64,000 nt of DNA from an uncultured Rivularia sp. Its GTDB lineage: Bacteria > Cyanobacteriota > Cyanobacteriia > Cyanobacteriales > Nostocaceae. Within the stretch, counting starts at the first letter, position 1. Each line of letters starts with the position of its first letter. The notes beneath the pieces were generated by a model. It ran no database searches and was not told where the DNA came from. It worked only from the letters and a program-made list of their open reading frames with translations. Position numbers and translations under genes: made by a program. The stretch covers positions 7,040,001 through 7,104,000 of the forward strand of contig OY762007.1 in assembly GCA_963665115.1 (NCBI GenBank), in the 5' to 3' direction. Shown in pieces: positions 1-11,792 of this stretch.

Positions 1-166
1 TTTATTTGATGTCAGAGTTTTAAAAGTAAATACCGCAGTACAGCCTCGGAAAAAGAAGCGTGTCGGTAGATTTATCGGATTCAAACCTCAATACAAACGA
101 GCTACCGTCACCGTAGCATCCGGGGATGAAGATAAGATTCGTCAGGTTCTATTCCCAGACGTTTAA
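1..166 (+). CDS. rplW: 50S ribosomal protein L23, 3' part (truncated by window edge)
   Basis: Frame from base 2 reads [11 protein letters not shown]...[11 protein letters not shown]...LFPDV*; lies directly upstream of rplB. Confidence 0.93.
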   Translation, partial: LFDVRVLKVNTAVQPRKKKRVGRFIGFKPQYKRATVTVASGDEDKIRQVLFPDV

Positions 167-314
167 AGCAGGTTAAAGGTTAGAGGTTAAAGGTCAAAGG
201 TGAGGAGTTAGGAATTAGGAATTAGTAATTCTCTTCCCATCTCCTTATCCCCTTGTCTCCCCCCCTCTCCTTGTCCCTCATCCCCAAAACTATTTTCTAG
301 ATAATTTTAAAATT

Positions 315-1178
315 ATGGGTACTCGTTCATTTCGTCCCTACACCCCTAGTAACCGTCAAGCGACGACTTCTGATTTTGCCGACATTACAAAATCAAAGCC
401 GGAAAAATCCTTAACTGAGCATATTCATAGAGCTAAAGGTAGAAATAATCGCGGTGTAATTACCAGTCGTCGCCGGGGTGGTGGACACAAACGTCTTTAT
501 CGAATTATCGATTTTAAAAGAGATAAGCGGGATATGCCTGCAACTGTTCAAGCAATTGAATATGACCCCAACCGTAATGCAAGAATTGCTCTCGTACAAT
601 ACGAAGATGGCGAGAAGCGTTATATTTTGCAACCTAACGGAATGAAGGTTGGTACCACAATCACTGCTGGTCCAAATTCTCCGATTGAAAACGGAAACGC
701 TTTACCTTTATCAAATATGCCCTTGGGTACTGGCGTACATAACGTAGAATTGATTGCTGGAAAAGGCGGTCAAATAGTACGTTCGGCTGGTGCGGTTGCT
801 CAAGTAATGGCAAAAGATGGTAATTACGTTACCTTGAAACTGCCTTCGGGTGAAGTCCGAATGATTCGGCGCGAATGCTATGCCACCATCGGACAAGTAG
901 GTAACGTAGAAGCTAGAAACCAAAGCTTGGGTAAAGCAGGTAGAAATCGCTGGAGAGGTCGCCGTCCCAAGGTTAGAGGTAGTGTAATGAACCCTTGCGA
1001 CCACCCACATGGTGGTGGTGAAGGACGCGCTCCAATTGGTCGTAGTGGTCCTGTAACTCCTTGGGGTAAACCGACTTTAGGTAAGAAAACTCGTAAGCCT
1101 AAAAAAGCAAGCAGTAAATTGATTGTTCGTCGTCGTCGTAAGTCCGGAAAACGGGGACGCGGTGGTCGTCAGTCATAG
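315..1178 (+). CDS. rplB: 50S ribosomal protein L2
   Basis: GRNNRG, EYDPNR and [13 protein letters not shown] motifs. Confidence 0.99.
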   Translation: MGTRSFRPYTPSNRQATTSDFADITKSKPEKSLTEHIHRAKGRNNRGVITSRRRGGGHKRLYRIIDFKRDKRDMPATVQAIEYDPNRNARIALVQYEDGEKRYILQPNGMKVGTTITAGPNSPIENGNALPLSNMPLGTGVHNVELIAGKGGQIVRSAGAVAQVMAKDGNYVTLKLPSGEVRMIRRECYATIGQVGNVEARNQSLGKAGRNRWRGRRPKVRGSVMNPCDHPHGGGEGRAPIGRSGPVTPWGKPTLGKKTRKPKKASSKLIVRRRRKSGKRGRGGRQS

Positions 1179-1410
1179 GATTTTAGATTTTGGATTTTGG
1201 GTTGGAATATAAAGTTGTTCCGATCAATTTCTTAAAGTAGTGGGAGCCGAACAGCTCCCTGGTAGTAAGTCAAAAAATTGCTTTTTGGTAGTAACTTTTC
1301 TTTTAGTGCTATCCCTAGCGACAAAAATGGTCGCACTACTAATCAAAATTCAAAATCTAAAATTCAACATTTTTACCTACAATCTAAAATCCAAAATCCA
1401 AAATCCAAAA
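1177..1410. repeat. Complementary heptamer STRR arms (GATTTTR / AAAATCY) around an internal hairpin
   Basis: gattttagattttggattttgg at about 1179-1200; aaaatctaaaat...ccaaaatccaaaatccaaaa at about 1345-1410. Confidence 0.85.
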
Positions 1411-1417
1411 TTGTCCT

Positions 1418-1694
1418 ATGGGGTCGTTCTCTTAAAAAAGGTCCTTTTATTGCGGACCATTTACTGAAAAAAATCGACAAGCTCAACGAAACTAATAAAA
1501 AAGAAGTTATTAAAACTTGGTCGAGAGCTTCCACTATTTTGCCTATGATGGTTGGTCATACCATCGCGGTTCATAACGGCAAACAACACGTTCCAGTTTT
1601 TATCAGCGACCAAATGGTAGGTCATAAATTAGGAGAATTCGCTCCTACTCGGACTTATAGAGGTCACTCTAGAGATAGAAAAGGAGGAAGATAA
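1418..1694 (+). CDS. rpsS: 30S ribosomal protein S19 (one extra G after the ATG, probably a sequencing error)
   Basis: GRSLKKGPF...TWSRAS...[14 protein letters not shown] at 1418 is followed by GGGT instead of GGT. Confidence 0.95.
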
Positions 1695-1747
1695 CCTATA
1701 TTTGCTAATAGCTAATTGATGCAATTAGTAACTGAGGGAAAATTATT

Positions 1748-2107
1748 ATGGCTACTGATACTAAAGAAGTAAAAGCAATTGCTAGATATATACGGATGTC
1801 GCCCTATAAAGTACGCCGAGTACTTGACCAAATTCGGGGACGTTCCTATCGAGAAGCATTGATAATTTTAGAATTTATGCCTTATAGAGCCTGCGAACCC
1901 GTATTAAAGGTTCTTAGAAGTGCTGCTGCGAATGCCGAACATAATGAGGGAATAGATCGAGCTTCTTTAATAGTTTCGACCGCATTTGCAGATCAAGGCC
2001 CAGTATTCAAACGTTATCAGCCTAGAGCGCAGGGTCGTGCTTATCAAATTCGCAAACCCACGTGTCATATAACCGTTGCAGTGGCTGCAGATCCAGCAGC
2101 GGAGTAA
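1748..2107 (+). CDS. rplV: 50S ribosomal protein L22
   Basis: [24 protein letters not shown]10 operon order. Confidence 0.98.
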   Translation: MATDTKEVKAIARYIRMSPYKVRRVLDQIRGRSYREALIILEFMPYRACEPVLKVLRSAAANAEHNEGIDRASLIVSTAFADQGPVFKRYQPRAQGRAYQIRKPTCHITVAVAADPAAE

Positions 2108-2174
2108 GCACTCAGAAGTTATAAGCAAAAGTGATTAAAGATAGAGTGCTAATAAATTTTAGAGGAGATCGTAA

Positions 2175-2930
2175 GTGGGACAAAAGATAAATCCAATCGG
2201 ATTTCGCCTTGGAATTACAAAAGAACATCAATCTCGTTGGTTTGCAGACCCTTCTCGATATCCAGAATTACTTCAAGAAGACCACAAACTTCGCCAGTAT
2301 ATAGAGAGTAAGTTGGGTAGAAACGCTCAAAATAATGCCGGTATTTCCGAAGTAAAAATTGAGCGCAAAGCCGACCAGATTGATTTAGAAGTACGTACCG
2401 CTAGACCAGGTGTGGTCGTAGGTAGAGGCGGACAAGGTATCGAAGCATTACGTGCGGGACTACAAAAAGAATTAGGCGGTAATCGTCAAATTCGGATCAA
2501 TGTAGTTGAAGTACAGCGCGTTGATGCTGATGCTTTTTTGATTGGCGAATATATTGCCCAACAGCTTGAACGACGGGTTTCTTTCCGAAGAGTAGTGCGT
2601 CAAGCTATTCAAAGAGCGCAACGTGCTGGCGTACAAGGAATCAAAATTCAAGTTAGCGGACGCTTAAACGGTGCGGAAATTGCCCGTACAGAATGGACTC
2701 GTGAAGGTAGAGTTCCATTACATACTTTAAGAGCTAACATCGATTACGCTTACGTCACTGCCAAAACCATTTACGGTATTCTTGGCATTAAAGTTTGGGT
2801 ATTCAAAGGAGAAATTATTCCTGGAGAAGAAGAAACACCAACTTCTAATCCTAGAAACGAACGCGAACCTCGTCGTCGGCAAAATAATCGCCGTCGTCCT
2901 TCTTTTGAAGACCGTTCAAACGAAAATTAG
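2175..2930 (+). CDS. rpsC: 30S ribosomal protein S3
   Basis: [30 protein letters not shown]. Confidence 0.99.
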   Translation: MGQKINPIGFRLGITKEHQSRWFADPSRYPELLQEDHKLRQYIESKLGRNAQNNAGISEVKIERKADQIDLEVRTARPGVVVGRGGQGIEALRAGLQKELGGNRQIRINVVEVQRVDADAFLIGEYIAQQLERRVSFRRVVRQAIQRAQRAGVQGIKIQVSGRLNGAEIARTEWTREGRVPLHTLRANIDYAYVTAKTIYGILGIKVWVFKGEIIPGEEETPTSNPRNEREPRRRQNNRRRPSFEDRSNEN

Positions 2931-3005
2931 TATTTAGTTATTAGTTATTAGTTATATCTACTAACAACTAACAACTAACAACTATCCATTAACAACTAAT
3001 TAGTC

Positions 3006-3428
3006 ATGTTAAGTCCTAAAAGAACTAAATTCCGCAAACAACATCGCGGACGGATGAGAGGATTAGCAACACGAGGTTGTAATATTAACTTCGGTGATTT
3101 TGCTCTCCAAGCTCAAGAACCTTCTTGGATAACCTCACGTCAAATTGAGGCTTCCCGACGAGCAATGACTCGTTACATTCGTAGGGGCGGAAAAATCTGG
3201 ATTAGAGTATTTCCTGACAAGCCCGTAACAATGCGTCCCGCAGAAACTCGAATGGGTTCTGGTAAAGGTAATCCAGAATATTGGGTAGCCGTTGTTAAGC
3301 CAGGAAGGATCATGTTTGAAATTGCTGGTGTAACAGAAGAAATTGCTCGCGAAGCGATGCGTTTGGCTTCACACAAGCTACCAATTAAAACTAAGTTTAT
3401 TGCCCGTGAAGATCAGGAGTCTTCTTGA
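3006..3428 (+). CDS. rplP: 50S ribosomal protein L16
   Basis: [18 protein letters not shown]. Confidence 0.99.
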   Translation: MLSPKRTKFRKQHRGRMRGLATRGCNINFGDFALQAQEPSWITSRQIEASRRAMTRYIRRGGKIWIRVFPDKPVTMRPAETRMGSGKGNPEYWVAVVKPGRIMFEIAGVTEEIAREAMRLASHKLPIKTKFIAREDQESS

Positions 3429-3434
3429 TAAATT

Positions 3435-3665
3435 ATGCCTTTCCCTAAGATTTCAGAAGCAAGAGACTTGAGCGACGAACAGATAGTGCAAGAAATTAAT
3501 GCTACTAAAAAGCAATTATTTGATTTGCGCTTGCAACAAGCAACTCGGCAACTTGAGAAACCCGCACAGTTTAAACACTTACGTCACCGCTTAGCTCAAT
3601 TAATGACGGTAGAAGGAGAACGTAAACGCGCTGCAACTTCTCAAGACTCGCCCGTAGATAATTAG
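3435..3665 (+). CDS. rpmC: 50S ribosomal protein L29
   Basis: LFDLRLQQATRQLEKP; between rplP and rpsQ. Confidence 0.97.
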   Translation: MPFPKISEARDLSDEQIVQEINATKKQLFDLRLQQATRQLEKPAQFKHLRHRLAQLMTVEGERKRAATSQDSPVDN

Positions 3666-3716
3666 TTAATAATTATTTTTAGCTCGTCACTCATAACAAC
3701 ATGAAAATAGTAAATT

Positions 3717-3965
3717 ATGGCTATTAAAGAAAGAGTTGGCTTAGTGGTTAGCGACAAAATGCAAAAAACAGTAGTAGTCGCTGTCGAAAACCGTGATAGT
3801 CATAAAAAATACGGCAAAATTGTAGTTACAACCAGACGCTACAAAGCCCACGACGAAGAAAACAACTGCAAAGAAGGCGATCGCGTTCGCATTCAGGAAA
3901 CTAGACCCCTGAGTAAGACTAAGCGCTGGCAGGTTAAGGAAGTCCTCAGTAGTAGGAATAACTAG
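3717..3965 (+). CDS. rpsQ: 30S ribosomal protein S17
   Basis: [23 protein letters not shown]. Confidence 0.99.
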   Translation: MAIKERVGLVVSDKMQKTVVVAVENRDSHKKYGKIVVTTRRYKAHDEENNCKEGDRVRIQETRPLSKTKRWQVKEVLSSRNN

Positions 3966-4013
3966 TAATTAGCGGTTGTTACATAGTTAGCAACTTTATA
4001 ACGGAGAAAAATC

Positions 4014-4382
4014 GTGATACAAGCCCAGTCTTACCTTAATGTTGCAGATAATAGCGGTGCCCGTAAATTAATGTGCATCCGCGTTCTGGGTGCCGGAAAC
4101 CGTAGCTATGGCAGCATTGGCGATAGGATTATCGCTGTAGTTAAAGATGCCCAACCCAACATGGCTATCAAAAAGTCTGATGTGGTTCAGGCTGTAATCG
4201 TCCGTACTAGAAAAGGCGTAAATCGTGACAGTGGCATGACTATCCGCTTTGATGACAATGCCGCAGTCATAATCAACCCAGATGGAAATCCCAGAGGAAC
4301 GCGGGTATTTGGTCCCGTAGCACGTGAATTACGCGAAAAAAACTTCACTAAAATAGTTTCTCTGGCACCGGAGGTACTGTAA
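4014..4382 (+). CDS. rplN: 50S ribosomal protein L14
   Basis: [21 protein letters not shown]. Confidence 0.99.
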   Translation: MIQAQSYLNVADNSGARKLMCIRVLGAGNRSYGSIGDRIIAVVKDAQPNMAIKKSDVVQAVIVRTRKGVNRDSGMTIRFDDNAAVIINPDGNPRGTRVFGPVARELREKNFTKIVSLAPEVL

Positions 4383-4735
4383 TGGCAGTTAAGAAAAAAA
4401 CAAAGCCTCAATTTCATAAAATGCACGTCAAAACTGGAGATACCGTACAGGTAGTTTCTGGTAAAGACAAAGGCAAAGTTGGTGAAATTGTTCAAGCAAT
4501 TCCTAAAGATAGTAAAGTTATTGTCAAGGGTGTAAACGTAAAAACTAAGCACGTTAAGCCACAGCAAGAAGGTGAATCTGGGAGAATTGTTACTCAAGAA
4601 TTTCCCATTCACAGTTCTAACGTGATGCTTTATTCCACCAAGGAAAACGTAGTTTCTCGCGTATGTTACACCTTTACCCAAGAGGGTAAGAAAGTCCGTA
4701 TGTTAAAGAAAACTGGGGAAATCTTGGACAAATAG
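4382..4735 (+). CDS. rplX: 50S ribosomal protein L24
   Basis: KOW motif [22 protein letters not shown]. Confidence 0.98.
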   Translation: MAVKKKTKPQFHKMHVKTGDTVQVVSGKDKGKVGEIVQAIPKDSKVIVKGVNVKTKHVKPQQEGESGRIVTQEFPIHSSNVMLYSTKENVVSRVCYTFTQEGKKVRMLKKTGEILDK

Positions 4736-4864
4736 TTAAGAGTTAGGAATTAATAGTTAGAAGTTGTAACGATGTAGTATGACTTTGACCTTTAACCCTT
4801 TACCTTTGAACTTCCCTTTAACAATTTTATTCCCTGACCAAGCCCAGGGTAATGGAGAAAAAAA

Positions 4865-5410
4865 ATGGCAGTAGGATTAAAAAGTAAATATCTTGAAACT
4901 ATTGTCCCCAATCTGATGAAACAATTTGAATATTCAAATATTCATCAGGTTCCGAAGGTTATAAAAGTATCTGTTAACCGAGGATTAGGGGAAGCTTCTC
5001 AAAACGCTAAAGCATTAGAAGCATCTTTAAGTGAAATTGCGCTGATTACTGGTCAAAAGCCAGTAGTTACCAGAGCGAAAAAGGCGATCGCTGGATTCAA
5101 AATTCGTGAAGGTATGCCAGTAGGAGTGATGGTCACTCTTAGAAGCGGTAAGATGTACAACTTTCTTGACCGTTTGATTAACTTGTCATTGCCCAGGATT
5201 CGCGACTTTCGCGGTATTAGTCCAAAAAGCTTTGATGGTCGTGGAAATTATACTTTGGGAGTTAGAGAACAACTAATTTTTCCAGAGGTAGAATACGACA
5301 AGATTGACCAGATTCGTGGAATGGATATTTCCATCATTACTACAGCAAAGAATGACGAAGAAGGTCGCGCTTTACTAAAAGAAATGGGAATGCCCTTCCG
5401 GGAGCAATAA
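4865..5410 (+). CDS. rplE: 50S ribosomal protein L5
   Basis: [21 protein letters not shown]. Confidence 0.99.
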   Translation: MAVGLKSKYLETIVPNLMKQFEYSNIHQVPKVIKVSVNRGLGEASQNAKALEASLSEIALITGQKPVVTRAKKAIAGFKIREGMPVGVMVTLRSGKMYNFLDRLINLSLPRIRDFRGISPKSFDGRGNYTLGVREQLIFPEVEYDKIDQIRGMDISIITTAKNDEEGRALLKEMGMPFREQ

Positions 5411-5431
5411 GTTAATTTAATAGAGGAAAAG

Positions 5432-5833
5432 ATGGCGGCAAACGACACAATTGCAGATATGCTGACGCGCATCCGCAACGCCAATATGGCTCGGCATCAA
5501 GTAACACATGTGCCAGCGACCAAAATGACTCAAAATATAGCTAAAGTACTTCGGGAAGAAGGCTTTATCACCGATTTTGAGACAGAAGGAGAAGGTTTTC
5601 GCAGCCAATTGGTAATTTCTTTAAAATACAAAGGGAAAAATCGTCAACCAATTATTACTACTCTCAAGAGAGTAAGCAGACCTGGTTTGCGGGTTTATTC
5701 CAACAAGAAAGATTTACCAAGAGTATTAGGTGGCATTGGCATAGCCATCATATCTACATCTTCGGGCATCATGACCGACCGTCAAGCACGCCAACAAAAT
5801 GTAGGCGGCGAAGTACTTTGCTACGTTTGGTAA
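5432..5833 (+). CDS. rpsH: 30S ribosomal protein S8
   Basis: [30 protein letters not shown]. Confidence 0.99.
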   Translation: MAANDTIADMLTRIRNANMARHQVTHVPATKMTQNIAKVLREEGFITDFETEGEGFRSQLVISLKYKGKNRQPIITTLKRVSRPGLRVYSNKKDLPRVLGGIGIAIISTSSGIMTDRQARQQNVGGEVLCYVW

Positions 5834-5854
5834 TTGTGATAGGAATAAACAGCC

Positions 5855-6406
5855 ATGTCTAGAATTGGTAAGCAGCCAATAACAGTACCTGCCAAGGTAC
5901 AAATAAAAATTGATGGAGCCTCGATATCTGTCAAAGGCCCTAAAGGCGAACTTTCCCGCGAACTTCCTTCTCAGGTCAACGTGGCTCAAGAAGGCGATAC
6001 TTTAACGGTATCGCGTCAAGATGATTCCAGAGTATGCCGCCAAATGCACGGCTTAAGCCGTAGTTTGGTTTCCAATATGGTTGAAGGTGTTTCTCAAGGA
6101 TTCGTGCGTAAGTTACAACTCCAAGGGGTTGGTTATCGAGCTTCTGTTAAGGGAAAAGATTTAGTCTTGAGCGTTGGATACAGCCATCCCGTGGAAATTA
6201 CTCCACCTTCGGGAGTTCAATTTGCAATTGAAGACAAAGGCTTGACTATTGTTGTCAGCGGTTATGACAAAGAAGTAGTTGGCAATACAACAGCGACAAT
6301 CCGTGCCGTTCGCCCACCCGAGCCTTACAAAGGTAAAGGTGTTCGTTACGAGAACGAAGTTGTTAGACGCAAGGCTGGTAAAGCTGGTAAAGGTGGTAAG
6401 AAGTAA
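5855..6406 (+). CDS. rplF: 50S ribosomal protein L6
   Basis: MSRIGKQPI, PEPYKGKG. Confidence 0.99.
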   Translation: MSRIGKQPITVPAKVQIKIDGASISVKGPKGELSRELPSQVNVAQEGDTLTVSRQDDSRVCRQMHGLSRSLVSNMVEGVSQGFVRKLQLQGVGYRASVKGKDLVLSVGYSHPVEITPPSGVQFAIEDKGLTIVVSGYDKEVVGNTTATIRAVRPPEPYKGKGVRYENEVVRRKAGKAGKGGKK

Positions 6407-6415
6407 ATAGGCATC

Positions 6416-6778
6416 ATGAAACTGACCCGCACACAATCGAAACAGCGTCGTCATCGACGCATCAGAGGCAAAGTCCAAGGCTCTTCCGAACGTCCTCGTT
6501 TGGCAGTATATCGCTCTAACGAGCATATTTACGCCCAAGTAATAGATGATACTAGCCATCGGACTTTAGCTACAGCATCAAGTATAGAACCAGAATTAAA
6601 ATCCAAATTAGGCTCCGGTTCCAATCAGCAAGCTTCCACCGAAGTTGGTAAGGTTTTAGCTGCGCGAGCGATCGAGAAAGGTATAAACCAAGTAGTTTTT
6701 GACCGTGGAGGCAACCTTTATCACGGTCGTGTTAAAGCTTTAGCCGATGCTGCTAGGAATGGTGGTTTAAGTTTTTAG
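6416..6778 (+). CDS. rplR: 50S ribosomal protein L18
   Basis: [22 protein letters not shown]. Confidence 0.99.
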   Translation: MKLTRTQSKQRRHRRIRGKVQGSSERPRLAVYRSNEHIYAQVIDDTSHRTLATASSIEPELKSKLGSGSNQQASTEVGKVLAARAIEKGINQVVFDRGGNLYHGRVKALADAARNGGLSF

Positions 6779-6898
6779 ATCGCGGTTTCTAAGTTTATCG
6801 GTAATCAAAGTTAGTAGTAAGTAATAGCTAAGTAATAACTGAGTAAACTATTTATCGCTAATTGCAAACCGATAAGTAAATTCATAGAGAAATTTAAG

Positions 6899-7426
6899 AT
6901 GGCAAACAATCGTCGTAAAACGAGCCGAGCGAAAAAAGAAGAAACCAACTGGCAGGAACGGGTAATTCAAATTCGACGGGTAAGCAAGGTTGTCAAAGGT
7001 GGTAAAAAGCTCAGCTTCCGGGCAATCGTAGTCGTCGGTAACGAACGCGGTCAAGTTGGTGTAGGCGTAGGCAAAGCTAGTGATGTGATCGGAGCCGTTA
7101 AAAAAGGCGTAGCCGATGGTAAGAAACATTTGGTAGATGTTCCGATTACCAAATCTAATTCTATTCCTCATCCTACAGACGGTATTGGTGGCGGAGCTAA
7201 AGTCATCATGCGACCAGCAGCACCAGGTACTGGTGTAATTGCCGGTGGTGCAGTACGTACCGTACTGGAATTGGCAGGAGTTCGTAACATCTTGGCCAAG
7301 CAACTCGGCTCTAACAATCCTCTTAACAATGCAAGGGCTGCAATGAATGCTCTTTCTGTATTGCGTAACTTTAAAGAAGTTGCTGAGGACAGAGATGTCA
7401 GTATTGAAAAGCTCTACGCACAGTAA
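6899..7426 (+). CDS. rpsE: 30S ribosomal protein S5
   Basis: [17 protein letters not shown]. Confidence 0.99.
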   Translation: MANNRRKTSRAKKEETNWQERVIQIRRVSKVVKGGKKLSFRAIVVVGNERGQVGVGVGKASDVIGAVKKGVADGKKHLVDVPITKSNSIPHPTDGIGGGAKVIMRPAAPGTGVIAGGAVRTVLELAGVRNILAKQLGSNNPLNNARAAMNALSVLRNFKEVAEDRDVSIEKLYAQ

Positions 7427-7475
7427 GAGTTGTATTTATGATTAATCGTGTAAATTAATACAAAGATAAATAACT

Positions 7476-7919
7476 ATGAGACTACACGATGCTCGCCCTC
7501 AGAAGGGTTCCAAAAATCGCGGTCGCCGTGTTGGACGCGGTATTGCAGCCGGCCAGGGCGCTAGCTGCGGTTTTGGTATGCGGGGTCAAAAATCTCGTTC
7601 TGGTAGCGGAACTAGACCTGGTTTTGAAGGTGGTCAACAGCCCCTTTATCGTCGGGTACCTAAACTTAAAGGTTTTCCGCTTATTAATCGTAAAAAATAC
7701 ACTACGATTAATGTAGAGAAGCTATCTTCACTCCCAGCAAACACAGAAGTTAATGTGGCCTTATTACAAGAGAATGGTATTCTCACTGCCGTACAAGGAC
7801 CATTAAAAATTCTAGGAGATGGAGAATTGAACGTTTCTCTCAAAGTACAAGCCGCTGCTTTTACGGGTACGGCTCGTAGCAAAATTGAGGCGGCTGGCGG
7901 TAGTTGTGAAGTTGTTTAA
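7476..7919 (+). CDS. rplO: 50S ribosomal protein L15
   Basis: [23 protein letters not shown]. Confidence 0.99.
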   Translation: MRLHDARPQKGSKNRGRRVGRGIAAGQGASCGFGMRGQKSRSGSGTRPGFEGGQQPLYRRVPKLKGFPLINRKKYTTINVEKLSSLPANTEVNVALLQENGILTAVQGPLKILGDGELNVSLKVQAAAFTGTARSKIEAAGGSCEVV

Positions 7920-7994
7920 ATGATTGAGTAGAAAGCAGCATGAAGCACTTCCGATATCCAGCGCCTGGTTAACATTCATCGGTAAACCGTCATT

Positions 7995-9308
7995 ATGATA
8001 AGTCGAGATAAGGCACCATCCGCTCAAGAAACTTTTATGCAGATGGCACAAGCAGCCGGTTTGAGAGGTCGGCTGTTTGTCACCATCGGTATTTTACTTT
8101 TGATTCGTTTGGGTATTTATATACCTATTCCAGGAATAGATCGGGTAGCTTTTAGTGCTGCGATGTCTCAAGGCAATGGTTTAGCGGGTATTTTAGATAT
8201 CTTTTCTGGTGGTGGATTTTCAGCTTTAGGAGTCTTCACTTTAGGTATTTTACCCTTTATCAATGCCTCAATTATTATTCAATTACTCACTGCTGCGATT
8301 CCAAGTTTAGAGAAACTACAGAAGGACGAAGGTGAAGCTGGAAGGCGAAAAATCTCTCAAATTACACGATACGTGGCTTTGGGTTGGTCAGTCGTTCAGA
8401 GCATATTCATCTCCAGTGTTTGGCTGAAAAGCTTTGCGCTTAACTTTGGTCCAATTTTTGTATTTGAAACGACCTTGGCGCTTGTCGCTGGTTCTATGTT
8501 TGTGATGTGGGCATCGGAAGTGATTACAGAGCGAGGAATTGGTAATGGAGCTTCATTACTTATTTTCCTTAACATTGTCTCTTCGCTTCCTACAACCTTG
8601 GGAAATGCTTTTACATCTGCTCAAGTTGGAGGTCGTGAAGAAGCAGGTAAAGTAATTATTTTACTTGTACTGTTCTTAGCGACAATTGTTGGGATCGTTT
8701 TTGTTCAAGAAGGGATGCGCCGTATCCCAATCATTTCGGCTAGACGGCAAGTAGGTAGAAGAGTTCTTGCCGAACAGCGTAGCTTCCTACCCCTGCGACT
8801 AAATCAGGGCGGAGTAATGCCGATCATTTTTGCCACTGCTATCTTAAGTTTGCCTTCTTTAATTGGCAACTTTACCAAAAACCCGCAAATATCTAACTTT
8901 GTAAGCACTTATTTAAGTCCGGGTGGTAATCAATGGTGGGCTTACGCACTAATATACCTGTTTTCAATTGTCTTCTTTAGCTACTTCTATTCTTCTTTGA
9001 TTGTTAACCCAGTTGATATCGCACAGAATTTGAAGAAAATGGGTTCTTCAATTCCGGGAATTCGTCCTGGTAAAGCAACAAGCGAATATTTAGAAAGGAC
9101 AATCAATCGACTCACCTTTTTAGGTGCTGGCTTTTTAGGATTGGTTGCGATTATTCCTACCGTTGTAGAGAGAGCATTGGATACAGGAGTCTTTAGAGGC
9201 TTTGGTGCTACATCTTTACTGATTTTAGTTGGTGTCGCTATTGACACGGCCAAGCAAGTACAGACTTACGTTATCTCTCAACGTTACGAAGGAATGGTAA
9301 AACAATAG
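7995..9308 (+). CDS. secY: Preprotein translocase subunit SecY
   Basis: Multi-TM protein; LGILPFINASII, GIGNGASL, IPGIRPG. Confidence 0.99.
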   Translation: MISRDKAPSAQETFMQMAQAAGLRGRLFVTIGILLLIRLGIYIPIPGIDRVAFSAAMSQGNGLAGILDIFSGGGFSALGVFTLGILPFINASIIIQLLTAAIPSLEKLQKDEGEAGRRKISQITRYVALGWSVVQSIFISSVWLKSFALNFGPIFVFETTLALVAGSMFVMWASEVITERGIGNGASLLIFLNIVSSLPTTLGNAFTSAQVGGREEAGKVIILLVLFLATIVGIVFVQEGMRRIPIISARRQVGRRVLAEQRSFLPLRLNQGGVMPIIFATAILSLPSLIGNFTKNPQISNFVSTYLSPGGNQWWAYALIYLFSIVFFSYFYSSLIVNPVDIAQNLKKMGSSIPGIRPGKATSEYLERTINRLTFLGAGFLGLVAIIPTVVERALDTGVFRGFGATSLLILVGVAIDTAKQVQTYVISQRYEGMVKQ

Positions 9309-9319
9309 CGATCGAAGCG

Positions 9320-9585
9320 ATTTTAGATTTTGGGGATAGATGTTCTTCTCAAGAGCTTTCCAAGATAGATTTTGGATTTTAGATTAAATAAAATCTTGCC
9401 ACGGCTATGTCCGAACCGGAGATAATCTGAAATCTCCAAATCTTATAATCTTGATTTAAAATCTAAAATTTCTGCATCCGCAAGCCTTTTCTAGAAAGAA
9501 GAGACAAGCTACATAATCCCGGACAGTTGCCGAACTGGGAAATCTCCAAGACTGCACTGTCCTGTAAATCTAAAATCTAAAATCG
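9320..9585. repeat. Nested STRR arms and small dispersed palindromes in the secY-adk spacer
   Basis: GATTTTAGATTTT... / ...AAATCTAAAATCTAAAATC arms; internal GGACAGTTGC...GCACTGTCC hairpin at 9521-9562. Confidence 0.7.
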
Positions 9586-9586
9586 A

Positions 9587-10144
9587 ATGACGCGAATAAT
9601 TTTTTTAGGACCCCCTGGAGCAGGTAAAGGAACTCAAGCTCAAAGTTTAGCAGATCATTGGAAAGTTCCCCATATTTCTACTGGTGATATCCTCCGCTCT
9701 GCAATTCAAGAACAAACACCTTTGGGCGTGAAAGCTAAAAGCTTTGTGGATAAAGGTCATTTGGTTCCCTGCGAACTAGTGCAAGAGATGGTGGAAGAGC
9801 GGTTGCAAAAAGCGGATACCAGTTCTGGCTGGATTCTTGACGGTTTCCCTCGCACCGTGGAACAAGCTGCTTTTTTAGATAATTTGTTGGAAAAAACGAA
9901 TTTAGGTGGCGCGATGGTAATTAACCTAGATGTGCCAGATGATGTAGTAGTAGAGCGTTTATTAGAACGCGGACGGAGAGATGATACTGAAGAAGTTATT
10001 CGTCGTCGTTTGGAAGTTTACCGTTCCGAAACTACACCTCTAATTGATTATTATGGCGATCGCAAACTGCTAGTTGTCATAGATGGCGATCGTTCTCCCG
10101 ATTCTGTTGCTTCTCATCTCAAGGACTTAATTGTTAGTTGCTAG
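9587..10144 (+). CDS. adk: Adenylate kinase
   Basis: GPPGAGKGT, HISTGD, LDGFPRT. Confidence 0.99.
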   Translation: MTRIIFLGPPGAGKGTQAQSLADHWKVPHISTGDILRSAIQEQTPLGVKAKSFVDKGHLVPCELVQEMVEERLQKADTSSGWILDGFPRTVEQAAFLDNLLEKTNLGGAMVINLDVPDDVVVERLLERGRRDDTEEVIRRRLEVYRSETTPLIDYYGDRKLLVVIDGDRSPDSVASHLKDLIVSC

Positions 10145-10353
10145 AAGTAACGAGGGTTAGTAGGCAGGTTGAATAGTTTATTCGCATTGTCATTGTTTAA
10201 ATCCGTCTACTGACTCTTACCACCATCGTCTTAGTTCGGCAATAAAATTTTGAATAAGATATATTAATAAATTGTTGATATATTATTATCGTTTAAATTT
10301 GCAGAGTCGATAACTGCAACTAAAAAAGACTGTTAAGTTGAAGGAAAAACAAA

Positions 10354-10578
10354 TTGTCCAAACAAGATTTAATTGAGATGGAAGGCACGGTGACAGAATC
10401 GTTGCCTAATGCCATGTTCCGGGTTGATTTAGATAATGGCTTTAACGTTCTCGCTCACATTTCTGGAAAGATTCGCCGGAACTATATCAAAATTCTACCT
10501 GGCGATCGCGTGAAAGTCGAGTTAACCCCTTATGACCTAACAAAAGGTCGAATTACCTATCGATTGCGTAAGAAGTAA
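10354..10578 (+). CDS. infA: Translation initiation factor IF-1 (TTG start)
   Basis: [22 protein letters not shown]. Confidence 0.99.
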
Positions 10579-10690
10579 GGCTATGTGGAATATTATACTA
10601 CAAACTAATAGTTTTTGCTTTACACGCAATTAACTGAATAATTACCGAATTTGTGTTATAATTTACTATTTGGAGTTTGATTTTAAGTCA

Positions 10691-10804
10691 ATGAAAGTAA
10701 GAGCCTCCGTAAAAAAAATGTGCGAAAAGTGCAGTGTGATTAAACGTCGCGGTCGCGTGATGGTTATCTGTCCAAATCCAAAGCACAAGCAAAGACAAGG
10801 ATAA
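10691..10804 (+). CDS. rpmJ: 50S ribosomal protein L36 (absent from the ORF track)
   Basis: Translated by hand: [37 protein letters not shown]. Confidence 0.98.
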   Translation: MKVRASVKKMCEKCSVIKRRGRVMVICPNPKHKQRQG

Positions 10805-10936
10805 TCCCTACATAAATAGCGTCAGCTAAACGCTATCGCTCTGCGATTTCGGATTTGTTTGAATAAGGCTGCATCCGAATATAAAGAGTGGCTATAGACG
10901 AATGTTGAATATTTAGGATATTAGGAGAATTCTATA

Positions 10937-11317
10937 ATGGCACGTATTGCCGGAGTAGACTTACCACGCGATAAACGTGTTGAAGTAGGTCTAACTTACA
11001 TTTTCGGAATCGGCTTAACAAGCGCGAAAAAGATATTAGCTAGTACGGGTGTGAATCCCGATACCAGAGTTAAAGAATTAAGCGATAGCGATGTTGCATC
11101 TTTACGAGCCGAGGTAGAGAAAAACTATCAGGTAGAAGGTGACTTAAGACGCTGGGAAGCAATGAATATCAAGCGCTTAGTTGATATTGGCACTTACCGA
11201 GGCCGCCGTCATCGCATGGGCTTACCAGTGAGAGGTCAAAGAACTCGTACTAATGCCAGAACTCGTCGAGGAAGAAGACAAACAGTAGCTGGTAAGAAGA
11301 AGGCACCAGGTAAGTAA
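10937..11317 (+). CDS. rpsM: 30S ribosomal protein S13
   Basis: [22 protein letters not shown]. Confidence 0.99.
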   Translation: MARIAGVDLPRDKRVEVGLTYIFGIGLTSAKKILASTGVNPDTRVKELSDSDVASLRAEVEKNYQVEGDLRRWEAMNIKRLVDIGTYRGRRHRMGLPVRGQRTRTNARTRRGRRQTVAGKKKAPGK

Positions 11318-11396
11318 AATCATTAGTTTGATGCCCCTTATTTTTACGCTTTGGAACGGATAATCGAAATACTTACCTTAACTCAACTATAACGAT

Positions 11397-11792
11397 ATGG
11401 CGCGACAATCAGGAAAAAAAGGCGGAAGCAGAAAACAGAAACGTAATGTACCCAATGGAATAGGCTATATCCAGTCTACTTTTAATAATAGTATCGTTAC
11501 GATTACCGACCCCAAGGGAGATGTAGTTTCTTGGGCTTCTGCTGGTTCAAGTGGTTTTAAAGGAGCGAAAAAAGGAACACCTTTCGCCGCTCAAACAGCA
11601 GCAGAAAGTGCGGCAAGGCGAGCGATGGATCAAGGGATGCGTCAGATAGAAGTAATGGTAAGCGGTCCGGGAGCGGGTAGAGAAACAGCTATTCGGGCAA
11701 TTCAGGGTGCTGGATTGGAAATAACTTTAATTAGAGATATTACCCCAATTCCTCACAACGGTTGCCGTCCACCAAAACGACGCAGAGTTTAG
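11397..11792 (+). CDS. rpsK: 30S ribosomal protein S11
   Basis: [22 protein letters not shown]. Confidence 0.99.
   Translation: MARQSGKKGGSRKQKRNVPNGIGYIQSTFNNSIVTITDPKGDVVSWASAGSSGFKGAKKGTPFAAQTAAESAARRAMDQGMRQIEVMVSGPGAGRETAIRAIQGAGLEITLIRDITPIPHNGCRPPKRRRV

Noticed and set aside
1240..1467. ORF 1240-1467 and the N-terminal extension of rpsS from 1278
   Set aside because: These are translations of STRR heptamers (SKIQNPK) combined with the extra G at the true start.
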